Assembly: GCA_965243395.1 (NCBI GenBank)
Contig: CBDEUS010000002.1
Span: forward strand, 1,152,001 to 1,216,000
Source of the DNA: Gammaproteobacteria bacterium
Lineage (GTDB): Bacteria > Pseudomonadota > Gammaproteobacteria > UBA4575
Reading direction: 5' to 3'
DNA length: 64,000 nt
The notes under the pieces were generated by a model. It was not told where the DNA came from. It saw only the letters and a program-made list of their open reading frames with translations, and made no database searches. This document shows positions 14,321 to 22,737 of the stretch, in pieces. How positions within the stretch are numbered: the stretch's first letter is position 1; each line of letters begins with the position of its first letter. The translations under genes were made by a program, and so were the position numbers.

Positions 14321-17011
14321 ATGGAGGACAGTCAAGTGGTTCAAAAGCTAAACTCATTTACGGGTTCACTGTTATATACAGTGATCATTTTGGCGCAATT
14401 CAATGTTGCACACGCAGGCCCACTTGGTACGAGTGATCCAGCAGCCTGTACGCAAGTTGGTACAACGTTGACTTGCACAGGCAATTTATCAGGCGGTGTA
14501 GAAGCAGATGGTCCTGCAATTGAAACGCTAAATGTTAATACGCTTAATCAAGCGATCACTCCGGCAAACGGTGTTGATGGTATTAACTTTAGTGACAATG
14601 CTGCTGCAACAGGCGTAACGATAAATAGCGACACTGGAGTGTTTGGCATTGTGACTACTGATGATGATGCTGAAGGGATTAATTCAAGTGAAAGTGGTGA
14701 TGGTGATCAATCAATAACTTCAATTGGAAATATATCCACTGATGGCGCACGTTCAGAAGGAATTGTTGCAAATGAAAGTGGAGACGGTTTTCAAACCATT
14801 AATTCCAGCGGAAATATTTCGACATTGGGCACAGGTTCAGACGGAATAGATGCCAGTGAAGATGGAAATGGAGATGTAACAATTATCTCCAGTGGAAATA
14901 TTACAACGCTAGGTAATAACGCCGATGGAATACAGTCAGATGAAAGTGGCGAAGGGAATCAATCGATTACTTCAATTGGTGATATCAGCACTGCTGGTAC
15001 AAGTTCGGATGGTATCCAAGCAAATGAAAACGATGCTGGTAACCAAACAATAACGTCAACTGGTGATATTTTTACAGCTGAAGATAATGCTGATGGAATT
15101 GTAGCAAATGAAAATGACGATGGTGACCAAACAATTTCAGCAACTGGAAACATAACAACTTTAAATGCAGACGGAATTAATGCATCTGAAAATGGTGTTG
15201 GCATCCAAAATGTAACTGCAGCAGGAAGTATTTCGACTGCTGGAAATGGCAATGGAAGCATTGAAGCTGATGAAAGTGGCGAAGGTGACCAATTAATAAC
15301 TTTCAATGGAGATCTTGCTACTACTGGGAATGATGCCGAAGGTATTTTTGCGACTGAAGATAATGAGGGTAATCAAGTAATCAGTACTACTGGGAGCATT
15401 TCAACAAGTGGAGCACGTTCTGAAGGAATAGAAGCAATAGAAACTGGTGATGGAGACTTAATAGTTACTTCAACAAGCAATATCGAAACACAAGGTACTA
15501 ATGCGGATGGTATTCAAGTGTCTGAAGCTGGTGATGGTGATATCACAGTTACATCGGCGGGTAACATTACCGTTAACGGTGCAAATGCATCAGGTGTATT
15601 TGTAACGGCTGATGCAGGTACTCAGACCATAGTAAATCTTTCAGGTGGTGATATCCAAGGTGGTACCGGTAATGGCGCAGGTGTGAATTTCGAAAACGCA
15701 TTGGGTACAAACACACTTAATATATTTTCCGGAACAAGCTTGTCTGCTTTATCAGGAGTTGCCATACGTGGAAGTGATGGTAATGATACAGTATCGAATG
15801 CGGGTATTATCAATGGCAATATTGAGTTAGGTGCGGGAGACGATACATTAAACCTTTTAGCAGGTTCTCAAGTTAATGGAATTATTGACGGTGGGGCTGA
15901 TAATGATTCGGCCAACATATTTTCATCGGGCCTTGGGCCATCAACGAGCATAAGTTTCAGTAATTTTGAAAACATCAATCTTACTTCTGATATGCCGGGT
16001 GTCGTGGTAGGGAATACTGCGATTACAGTTGACCCTACTGGCTACTCTTATCTAGGTGAAGTTGTAAATGAGGTTGTGTCAGATATACACCAAAATATCC
16101 ATCAACGATTGGTGCGAACTAAAGATCAAAGTCTAGAGTATGTGCAAGTTGCCTCTTTGAATAATAGCTCTGGAATTCATCCTGAAATCCGAAGTGGTGC
16201 AACTTGGGGCAAGATTTTTGGTTCCCGAAATGAACGTGATGGTGATAAAGGCGTTCTTGATTACGAGCATGACTACTACGGAGTTGTAGGCGGTGCTGAA
16301 CGTGATTTTGGTTCAAAAAGAGTTGGCTTGTTAGTTGGCTATGCATCGAGTGATGTGGATACTGAATTACAATCTTTTGATACTGATGTCGATAGTTACT
16401 TTATCGGAGCATACCAGCTAAGCAAACTGGGCCTTCTAGATTTAACATTGAGTGTGTTAGGTGGTTATGAAGACTACAATAATAAACGCCTGGTTGTGGG
16501 AGGAATAAATGGTACCGAGGAAGCTACCTCTGATTTCAATAACTACTTTATAAGTCCATCCGTAACGTTAAGCGCTGATCAAAGGATAAATGAAAGCCTA
16601 GAGCTCAGAACTTTTGCAAGTCTGGTGTACACCGCCGCATTTTTTGACAGTTATACGGAGTCAGGCACAACTGCTTCTAATCTAGATATTGATAGTCGCA
16701 ATGTTCAAGCATTGTATGCACGATCACAAATTGCAGGAGCTTATTTTATTCCTGGTGGAGAAGTTGAGTTGCGTGCAGGTTTGGATTCTCGGTTTATGGA
16801 TGAAGACCGAGTGGAAGCAAGCCTCGCTGGAACAAACTTTCAGTTTGCCAACACCGATGATGACGAAGTGATGGGTGCATATGTAGGAGCAGGAATGCGA
16901 GTTGTTGATGTAGACAATAATCTATCATTAGTGGCTGATGTTGAATATCGTGCTGCGGATGGTGGTGAAGAACAATTATCTGGTAGTCTCGGTTTAGAAT
17001 ACTCATTCTAA
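14321..17011 (+). CDS. type Va autotransporter adhesin with acidic 28-aa repeat passenger
   Basis: Signal peptide (VAHA-G), beta-helix-like repeats, and a C-terminal amphipathic beta-barrel (WGKIFG, SYTESG) ending LEYSF. Confidence 0.88.
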   Translation: MEDSQVVQKLNSFTGSLLYTVIILAQFNVAHAGPLGTSDPAACTQVGTTLTCTGNLSGGVEADGPAIETLNVNTLNQAITPANGVDGINFSDNAAATGVTINSDTGVFGIVTTDDDAEGINSSESGDGDQSITSIGNISTDGARSEGIVANESGDGFQTINSSGNISTLGTGSDGIDASEDGNGDVTIISSGNITTLGNNADGIQSDESGEGNQSITSIGDISTAGTSSDGIQANENDAGNQTITSTGDIFTAEDNADGIVANENDDGDQTISATGNITTLNADGINASENGVGIQNVTAAGSISTAGNGNGSIEADESGEGDQLITFNGDLATTGNDAEGIFATEDNEGNQVISTTGSISTSGARSEGIEAIETGDGDLIVTSTSNIETQGTNADGIQVSEAGDGDITVTSAGNITVNGANASGVFVTADAGTQTIVNLSGGDIQGGTGNGAGVNFENALGTNTLNIFSGTSLSALSGVAIRGSDGNDTVSNAGIINGNIELGAGDDTLNLLAGSQVNGIIDGGADNDSANIFSSGLGPSTSISFSNFENINLTSDMPGVVVGNTAITVDPTGYSYLGEVVNEVVSDIHQNIHQRLVRTKDQSLEYVQVASLNNSSGIHPEIRSGATWGKIFGSRNERDGDKGVLDYEHDYYGVVGGAERDFGSKRVGLLVGYASSDVDTELQSFDTDVDSYFIGAYQLSKLGLLDLTLSVLGGYEDYNNKRLVVGGINGTEEATSDFNNYFISPSVTLSADQRINESLELRTFASLVYTAAFFDSYTESGTTASNLDIDSRNVQALYARSQIAGAYFIPGGEVELRAGLDSRFMDEDRVEASLAGTNFQFANTDDDEVMGAYVGAGMRVVDVDNNLSLVADVEYRAADGGEEQLSGSLGLEYSF
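14612..15620 (+). repeat. about 12 tandem 28-aa (84-nt) coding repeats
   Basis: Consensus G-D/N-Q-T-I-T-S-x-G-N/D-I-S-T-x-G-x-x-A/S-D/E-G-I-x-A-x-E-x-G-D is visible in the translation. Confidence 0.85.
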
Positions 17012-17077
17012 GATAGTAATTTAAAGATAAGAATTACTAAGATACATACTTTAGAAAGCTTTGTTTTGATAAAACAC

Positions 17078-18178
17078 TTAGTTCTTCATTAATCCAAAGC
17101 TTTCAAGGTATTCTTTGCATTCAATGTAGTTGCCTCGAAAACAAATAAATTCATCACGTTTTCTTAACTGATCCTCATACATAGGGTCATAATAATTATC
17201 TAGAATTGTGCTCAGCCAGTTATAGTGGCCTGAAATATCACCAGACTTTTCATGCCTTTGAAGTGCGTTGCTCATGGCTTTATACGCATTTGTATAACGT
17301 ACGGGCCCTAGTCTTTTTTTAATTTTTTCTAAGCTTTGCAATAAATAATCTGAAAAAAGAGCAAACGAATTTTCTGCTTCAATGTTTTTAAACTCTGCAA
17401 GCATATCTAAGACATACTCTTGTATTAATCTTTCTAGTCTCGTTTGAAAAGGCTCTTCAATTACAACAATGGGCGATTTGCGCATAGTTTCGAATAAGGA
17501 TTTTGGCAGTCCAACTCTGCCTATGGTTCTTGCTTCATCTTCTAATACAATGTTGAGAATATTTTCATGACGTAGCTTTAAAAACTCGATGGCGATGATA
17601 TTTTCAAAATTAATTTGATTATTTTGTTCTTGCGCATGGCGTCCAAAACTTGATCCGCGGTGGTAGGCAGCGGCTTCTAAGTCAACAGTATTGTTAAGCT
17701 CATTTATGAGTGCGGTTTTAGCCGAACCTGTTTTACCGCCAACCAGTTTAAATGAACATTTTTGCGCAGTAAGTTCTATTTCATTAATTAAGAATGAACG
17801 CATTGCTTTGTAACCACCTTGCACAATGGGTAGGTCTGTGCCCGCCTCGTGCATCCATTGTTTAGTGATTTTTGATCTCAAGCCGCCGCGAAAGCAATAT
17901 AGGAAGCCATTGGGATTTTCATTTGCAAATTTAACCCATGCATGAATGCGAGCGTCTCGAATTTTGCCCTTTACCAGCTCGCATCCCTTTAAGATGGCTT
18001 GATCTTGACCGTGATTTTTATAACAAATACCAACTGTTTCACGTTGGTAGTTGTCCATAATGGGTAAATTTTTTGCGTTAGGAAACGCGCCACGCTGAAA
18101 TTCGATGGGCGCGCGAACATCCATTAACGGAAGGCTATTTATAAATAAATTTGAATAAATATCAGTCTGCTGTTGCAT
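17078..18178 (-). CDS. mnmH: tRNA 2-selenouridine(34) synthase
   Basis: Rhodanese domain DVRAPIEF...YCFRGGLRS, P-loop GKTGSAKT, HRGSSFG and YYDPMY. Also known as selU/ybbB. Confidence 0.95.
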   Translation of the reverse strand: MQQQTDIYSNLFINSLPLMDVRAPIEFQRGAFPNAKNLPIMDNYQRETVGICYKNHGQDQAILKGCELVKGKIRDARIHAWVKFANENPNGFLYCFRGGLRSKITKQWMHEAGTDLPIVQGGYKAMRSFLINEIELTAQKCSFKLVGGKTGSAKTALINELNNTVDLEAAAYHRGSSFGRHAQEQNNQINFENIIAIEFLKLRHENILNIVLEDEARTIGRVGLPKSLFETMRKSPIVVIEEPFQTRLERLIQEYVLDMLAEFKNIEAENSFALFSDYLLQSLEKIKKRLGPVRYTNAYKAMSNALQRHEKSGDISGHYNWLSTILDNYYDPMYEDQLRKRDEFICFRGNYIECKEYLESFGLMKN

Positions 18179-18182
18179 TCAA

Positions 18183-18884
18183 TTAATTACTAGAAAAATA
18201 GATATCACCGTAACTAGCGCTTGCGGTGCTGCCTGAGTTATCTGTATCAGTCATAATTGCAACACCATCGATGTGTTTTGGCAACTTATCAAAATGTTTT
18301 AACAGGTCTTCTTTTATATTTACTTTCTCTACATGCCAAGCACCTTCTTCATCCTGACTACATCGTAAAGGAATCATGATTGCTTTATCTGTATAAGAAT
18401 TTGGCCAAGGAGGAAGGATAGAGTTGTTGCTGGACCATATATAATTAAGCGCTTTAGCACTTAGTGGTGTGATACCTGTTTTGAACACGACGTAAATTCT
18501 GGCAGCATAATCGTCTCCTGTTTTTGTTTGTTCATTTTGTTTTGGCAGCAATTGATTAACTCGCCAGGTCCAGTTTAGATAAGGGGTTTCGTGAATATTT
18601 ACCTTAACTCTTTTATATAAAGCGGATGCAGATTGCATGCTTTCAGCTTGTAAAAAATATTGTTGGCCATCGGATTTAAAAGTGTATTCGGTTTTTCCCT
18701 CAAATGATTTATTTTTCCAACCTTGTAGATTCATCTTCGAGAATTCGGCTATCTGAATTTTTTCAACAGATGCTGAAATCGTATGAATGCTTAAAATTAT
18801 TAAGAAACAACTAGCATAAAGAGCAATAGCAACGGATTTCGTTAATGTTAATTTCAGGCACTTATTTATGTAGTTTAATAGCAT
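18183..18884 (-). CDS. DUF3047 family periplasmic protein
   Basis: GDDYAARIYVVF, ALNYIWS and DGVAIMTDTDN motifs. The true start may be downstream. Confidence 0.85.
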   Translation of the reverse strand: MLLNYINKCLKLTLTKSVAIALYASCFLIILSIHTISASVEKIQIAEFSKMNLQGWKNKSFEGKTEYTFKSDGQQYFLQAESMQSASALYKRVKVNIHETPYLNWTWRVNQLLPKQNEQTKTGDDYAARIYVVFKTGITPLSAKALNYIWSSNNSILPPWPNSYTDKAIMIPLRCSQDEEGAWHVEKVNIKEDLLKHFDKLPKHIDGVAIMTDTDNSGSTASASYGDIYFSSN

Positions 18885-18918
18885 TGTAAGCCTTGGGAAT
18901 TTGAAATACAGTTATTCA

Positions 18919-19971
18919 ATGTTAAATAATCCATACTATAGCCAAGACCAGCACGGTCCTTATAAGTTCTATGAACTGGGAGATTTTCATCTTGAGTCTG
19001 GTGAAATCTTAAAAAGTGCTCAACTTGCCTACGCTGTACATGGAACGCTTAATGAAGCTAAAGATAATGCAATCTTATTTACAATTATGTTCTCGGGTAC
19101 TTCCAAGAACATGGAACATTATATCGGGCCCGGAAAAGCTCTAGATCCAGAAAAATACTGCATTATTTTACCGAATCAGTTGGGCGCAGGCTTATCAACT
19201 TCACCCCATAACATTGATGGTGCACAAGCAATGTCGAAATTTCCGGAAATTTCGATCGCGGATGACGTGATGGCACAACATAAATTACTGACAGAGTTAT
19301 TTGGTTTACAACAACTCCAGTTGGTAACAGGATGGTCTATGGGCGCACAACAAACTTATGAGTGGGCGATTCGTTATCCAGATATGGTCAAGCGCGCGGC
19401 ACCTATTGCCGGAACAGCAAAATGCACTGCGCATGATACCTTATATGTGGATGTTTTCAGCAAGGCCTTAAAGTCTGATCCAGAATGGAAAGATGGTGAG
19501 TATACAAAACCTAATGCATGTAGTGAGGGTCTTAAGCGTTTAGCACACGTTTTTGCCTTGATGGGATTGTGTACGGAGTTTTACCAACAAGAGCAATGGC
19601 AAAAGATAGGCTTTGATTCAATGCAGGCAATGCTCAGTGGATTTTGGGAGGCATGGTTTCAGCCTATGGACCCAAATGCCTTATTAGTACAAGCTAGGAA
19701 ATGGCAAAATGGAGATTCCAGTAAACATGCCGGTGGTAATTTAGAGCAGGCATTAAAGCAAATACAAGCAAAAACTCATGTAATTGCATTTGAGCAAGAT
19801 ATGTTTGTTCCTGTTGAAGATTGCAAAAACGAGCAGCAATATATTTCTGATAGTGAATTAAAGATAATTCCATCTTTGATGGGGCACTTCGCCATGTTGG
19901 GTTTATTCGAGGAAGACTTCGCAGCGATCAATGGTTTATTCAGTGAACTGCTATCCTCTGATGTTTCATAA
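18919..19971 (+). CDS. alpha/beta hydrolase, homoserine O-acetyltransferase (MetX)-like
   Basis: LAYAVHGTLNEAKDNAIL, GWSMGA nucleophile elbow, Asp (EQDMF) and His (MGHFA). ATG 18919 preferred. Confidence 0.8.
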   Translation: MLNNPYYSQDQHGPYKFYELGDFHLESGEILKSAQLAYAVHGTLNEAKDNAILFTIMFSGTSKNMEHYIGPGKALDPEKYCIILPNQLGAGLSTSPHNIDGAQAMSKFPEISIADDVMAQHKLLTELFGLQQLQLVTGWSMGAQQTYEWAIRYPDMVKRAAPIAGTAKCTAHDTLYVDVFSKALKSDPEWKDGEYTKPNACSEGLKRLAHVFALMGLCTEFYQQEQWQKIGFDSMQAMLSGFWEAWFQPMDPNALLVQARKWQNGDSSKHAGGNLEQALKQIQAKTHVIAFEQDMFVPVEDCKNEQQYISDSELKIIPSLMGHFAMLGLFEEDFAAINGLFSELLSSDVS

Positions 19972-19982
19972 GGCATATTCAT

Positions 19983-20007
19983 CTTGTTACTAACAAGCTT
20001 GTATAAT
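19983..20007 (+). promoter_or_regulatory. perfect palindrome plus -10 box upstream of hisI
   Basis: CTTGTTA-C-TAACAAG (19983-19997) immediately before TATAAT (20002-20007). Confidence 0.45.
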
Positions 20008-20046
20008 TCGTTCTTTAAGAGCTATCTAGGAAAATAGTATTTAACT

Positions 20047-20532
20047 ATGTCAGCACATTATAAGTGGTTTGGAAAACGTGAGTCGGTCGAAGAGGTGGAA
20101 GAAGGCCAGACCCTTGCGCCGAAATTTGATGAGCATGGTTTAGTTCCTGCGGTAACCACTGCTGCGCAAAATGGTGAATTACTGATGCTTGGATATATGA
20201 ATGCTGAAGCATTGGAGAAGACCATTGAAACAGGTGAAGCCCATTACTGGAGCCGTAGCCGCGAGTGTTTATGGCATAAAGGTGCGACCAGTGGTTTGAT
20301 ACAAAAAGTAGTTGAATTGAGAATTGATGATGATCAAGATGCAATTTGGCTGCGAGTAGATGTTGTTGGTGATGCGAGTTGTCATGTTGGTTATCGGTCA
20401 TGTTTTTACCGCGCTATTCCAACAGGCGAAAAACAAGAAGATTCCCCAATTAAAATGGAATTTAAGGAATACGAAAAAGTATTTGATCCTGAAGAAGTGT
20501 ATGGAGATGCGCCCAACCCAACAAAGTTATAG
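20047..20532 (+). CDS. hisI: phosphoribosyl-AMP cyclohydrolase (variant lacking the first Zn-binding Cys)
   Basis: [21 protein letters not shown] (canonical DCDxD) and [10 protein letters not shown]. Confidence 0.93.
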   Translation: MSAHYKWFGKRESVEEVEEGQTLAPKFDEHGLVPAVTTAAQNGELLMLGYMNAEALEKTIETGEAHYWSRSRECLWHKGATSGLIQKVVELRIDDDQDAIWLRVDVVGDASCHVGYRSCFYRAIPTGEKQEDSPIKMEFKEYEKVFDPEEVYGDAPNPTKL

Positions 20533-20547
20533 CTAGATTTTTTGCAA

Positions 20548-21633
20548 ATGGAAAAACTTCAAGCTCTTTATGACTCCTGGCTCGCAATCTTTGGGCCAAA
20601 CCTATATCTAAAAGCGCTTGGAATTGTTTTAATCTTTGCGGCTTTCGCTCTAATTTTCAATTTTGTCATTATTCGTTTCTTAAAACGTATAACAGCGAAA
20701 ACTTCATTTAAAAGTGACGACCATATGCTTGAACTGGTTCAAAAACCTGTTTTTGTAAGCTTGGTTATTTTTGGTTTTGTGCAGGCAATACATGTATTAG
20801 ACATGCCTGAAAATGTAGTGGCAACTACAGTAGCTGTTTTAAAAACTATTGTTATTTTAGTTTGGGCATCATTTGCAATTAAATTTTCAAGATTTTTGCT
20901 CAAAACATTAAGTTCAAGAAAAAGTAACACAGAAGCGAGAAGTCAGCTCATCCAACAGAGCACTTTGCCATTATTCAGCAACCTTGCATTGTTACTTATT
21001 GTTGCTGCAACAATATATATGTTGTTTTTAGCTTGGGGGATCAATGTAACGGCTTGGTTGGCTTCTGCAGGAATCATTGGATTAGCGCTCAGTTTTGCAG
21101 CCAAGGATACACTGGCAAATTTGTTCGCAGGCGTTTTTATATTGGCAGACACACCATACAAGTTGGGAGACTATATTGTTTTAGATTCAGGTGAACGTGG
21201 CAAAGTAACTCATATAGGTATTCGCAGTACACGAATGTTAACGCGCGATGATATAGAAATTACAGTGCCGAACTCGATAATGGGTAATGCAAAAATTACC
21301 AATGAAGCAGGTGGTCCATCTAATAAACATCGTATTCGTGTCAAAGTGGGTGTGGCTTATGGCAGTGATATCGATCTAGTGCGAGATGTTTTACAAAAGA
21401 TTGCTAACGATAACGAAAAAGTATGTCGTTTACCTGAACCCCGTGTGCGTTTTCGTAATTTTGGACCTTCCAGTGTGGATTTTGAATTATTGTGTTGGAT
21501 TGACCAGCCAGTTTTGCGCGGGCAAGTGCTTGATCAGTTATACTCTGAGGTCTATAAGAAATTCATTGAGCATGGAATAGAAATACCTTACACCAAGCAA
21601 GATGTTTATATTAAAAGCATGCCTACAACATAA
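20548..21633 (+). CDS. MscS family mechanosensitive channel
   Basis: SAGIIGLALSFAAKDTLANLFAG, IGIRST, VPNS and GIEIPY. Confidence 0.92.
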   Translation: MEKLQALYDSWLAIFGPNLYLKALGIVLIFAAFALIFNFVIIRFLKRITAKTSFKSDDHMLELVQKPVFVSLVIFGFVQAIHVLDMPENVVATTVAVLKTIVILVWASFAIKFSRFLLKTLSSRKSNTEARSQLIQQSTLPLFSNLALLLIVAATIYMLFLAWGINVTAWLASAGIIGLALSFAAKDTLANLFAGVFILADTPYKLGDYIVLDSGERGKVTHIGIRSTRMLTRDDIEITVPNSIMGNAKITNEAGGPSNKHRIRVKVGVAYGSDIDLVRDVLQKIANDNEKVCRLPEPRVRFRNFGPSSVDFELLCWIDQPVLRGQVLDQLYSEVYKKFIEHGIEIPYTKQDVYIKSMPTT

Positions 21634-21654
21634 ATATTAATAAAAGCAATATTA

Positions 21655-21828
21655 ATGGGATCAATATCAGTAAAACCTTCTAAACAAATCCAAAATCAAA
21701 ATATGGCCGTATGTGATGGTGGTGGAGGTGCATTAGGACATCCAAAAGTGTATTTACCTTTTGGTAACAAATCTGAAGTGGTTTGTTATTACTGTGGTAG
21801 GCGGTTTGAGAAAAAAGCAGACTCATAG
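21655..21828 (+). CDS. zf-CHCC zinc-finger protein (NDUFS6/NUMM-like), 57 aa
   Basis: Not in the ORF track (<60 aa). Hand translation: MGSISVKPSKQIQNQNMAVCDGGGGALGHPKVYLPFGNKSEVVCYYCGRRFEKKADS*. Confidence 0.9.
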   Translation: MGSISVKPSKQIQNQNMAVCDGGGGALGHPKVYLPFGNKSEVVCYYCGRRFEKKADS

Positions 21829-22009
21829 AGTATATCTACTAGGTCAGTAAAAAATAATTATAGTTGTTTAAAAAAGGCACATCGCATGTCTGCTGTGCTG
21901 TAATTTTTCTTTGCGTTAACTAATAGTTGCTGTAAATTTTAAATTGAATTTTTTATTCTAAATTTGTCTAAATCTGTTTTTAGATAATTAATTAAAGTGA
22001 GGTTCTAAT

Positions 22010-22402
22010 ATGTCTACGGATAGGATAAGTGTCATGGTTACGTCTGGTAACCGTGAACAATTGCAGATGGCTGCAATGGTGGCATCTGTAGGAGCAGTGA
22101 GCGGATCTGATGTAACTGTGTTTTTATCTATGAATGCATTGAAGTTTTTTATTAAAGGCTCTGAACAAAAAGCACCTGCTGAAGGTGAAATGGGAAATTT
22201 AATGGAAGAAAAGAATGCGCCAAACTTTATGGAATTGTTTTCTCAAGCTGTAGAGTACGGTGATGCAAAAATTTTCCCCTGTTCTATGGCTGTAGATATA
22301 CTGGAAGTTAAACAAGAAGAGTTGGAAGATTTTGTCTCTGAACCTTTGGGATTGACGGCATTTTTGGGTGATGCTTCTGAAGGCCAAGTTTGGCACTTTT
22401 AG
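22010..22402 (+). CDS. DsrE/DsrF/DrsH-like sulfur carrier protein
   Basis: AAMVASVGA..VTVFLSMNAL, KIFPCSMAVD (conserved Cys) and GLTAFL. RBS GAGG. Confidence 0.82.
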   Translation: MSTDRISVMVTSGNREQLQMAAMVASVGAVSGSDVTVFLSMNALKFFIKGSEQKAPAEGEMGNLMEEKNAPNFMELFSQAVEYGDAKIFPCSMAVDILEVKQEELEDFVSEPLGLTAFLGDASEGQVWHF

Positions 22403-22444
22403 TTCAAAATAAAGTCTAAAGTTTTATTAATTAGAAAATATTTC

Positions 22445-22687
22445 ATGGAGAGTAATGTGGCGGAAAGAAAAGTTGTCGATGCAAAAAACACATTTTGTCC
22501 CGGGCCATTAATGGAGCTCATTGGTCAAATGAAAATGGCGGAAGTAGGAGATGAATTAGAAATATTATCTACAGATCAAGGATCTGCGAATGATATTCCT
22601 GAATGGATCAATAAAGTTGGACACGAAATGATAGATAGTTTTGAAGAAGAAGGTGTTTGGCATATTGTAGTTAAAAAAGCCAAATAG
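22445..22687 (+). CDS. tusA: TusA family sulfurtransferase
   Basis: VDAKNTFCPGP motif and STDQGSANDIPEW. An alternative GTG start at 22457 follows a GGAG. Confidence 0.9.
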   Translation: MESNVAERKVVDAKNTFCPGPLMELIGQMKMAEVGDELEILSTDQGSANDIPEWINKVGHEMIDSFEEEGVWHIVVKKAK

Positions 22688-22737
22688 AATTTTAAAAATT
22701 AACGGATTAATACAGAAGGATAAAGAGAGAGGTAATC

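Noticed and set aside
19983-19997. Canonical Zur box before hisI
   Set aside because: The half-site spacing (TGTTA-N1-TAACA) is shorter than the Zur consensus TGTTAT-N3-ATAACA; kept only as an unidentified operator.
21875-21892. Sigma54-like AGGCAC upstream of the sulfur operon
   Set aside because: The -12 position reads GT rather than the required GC.
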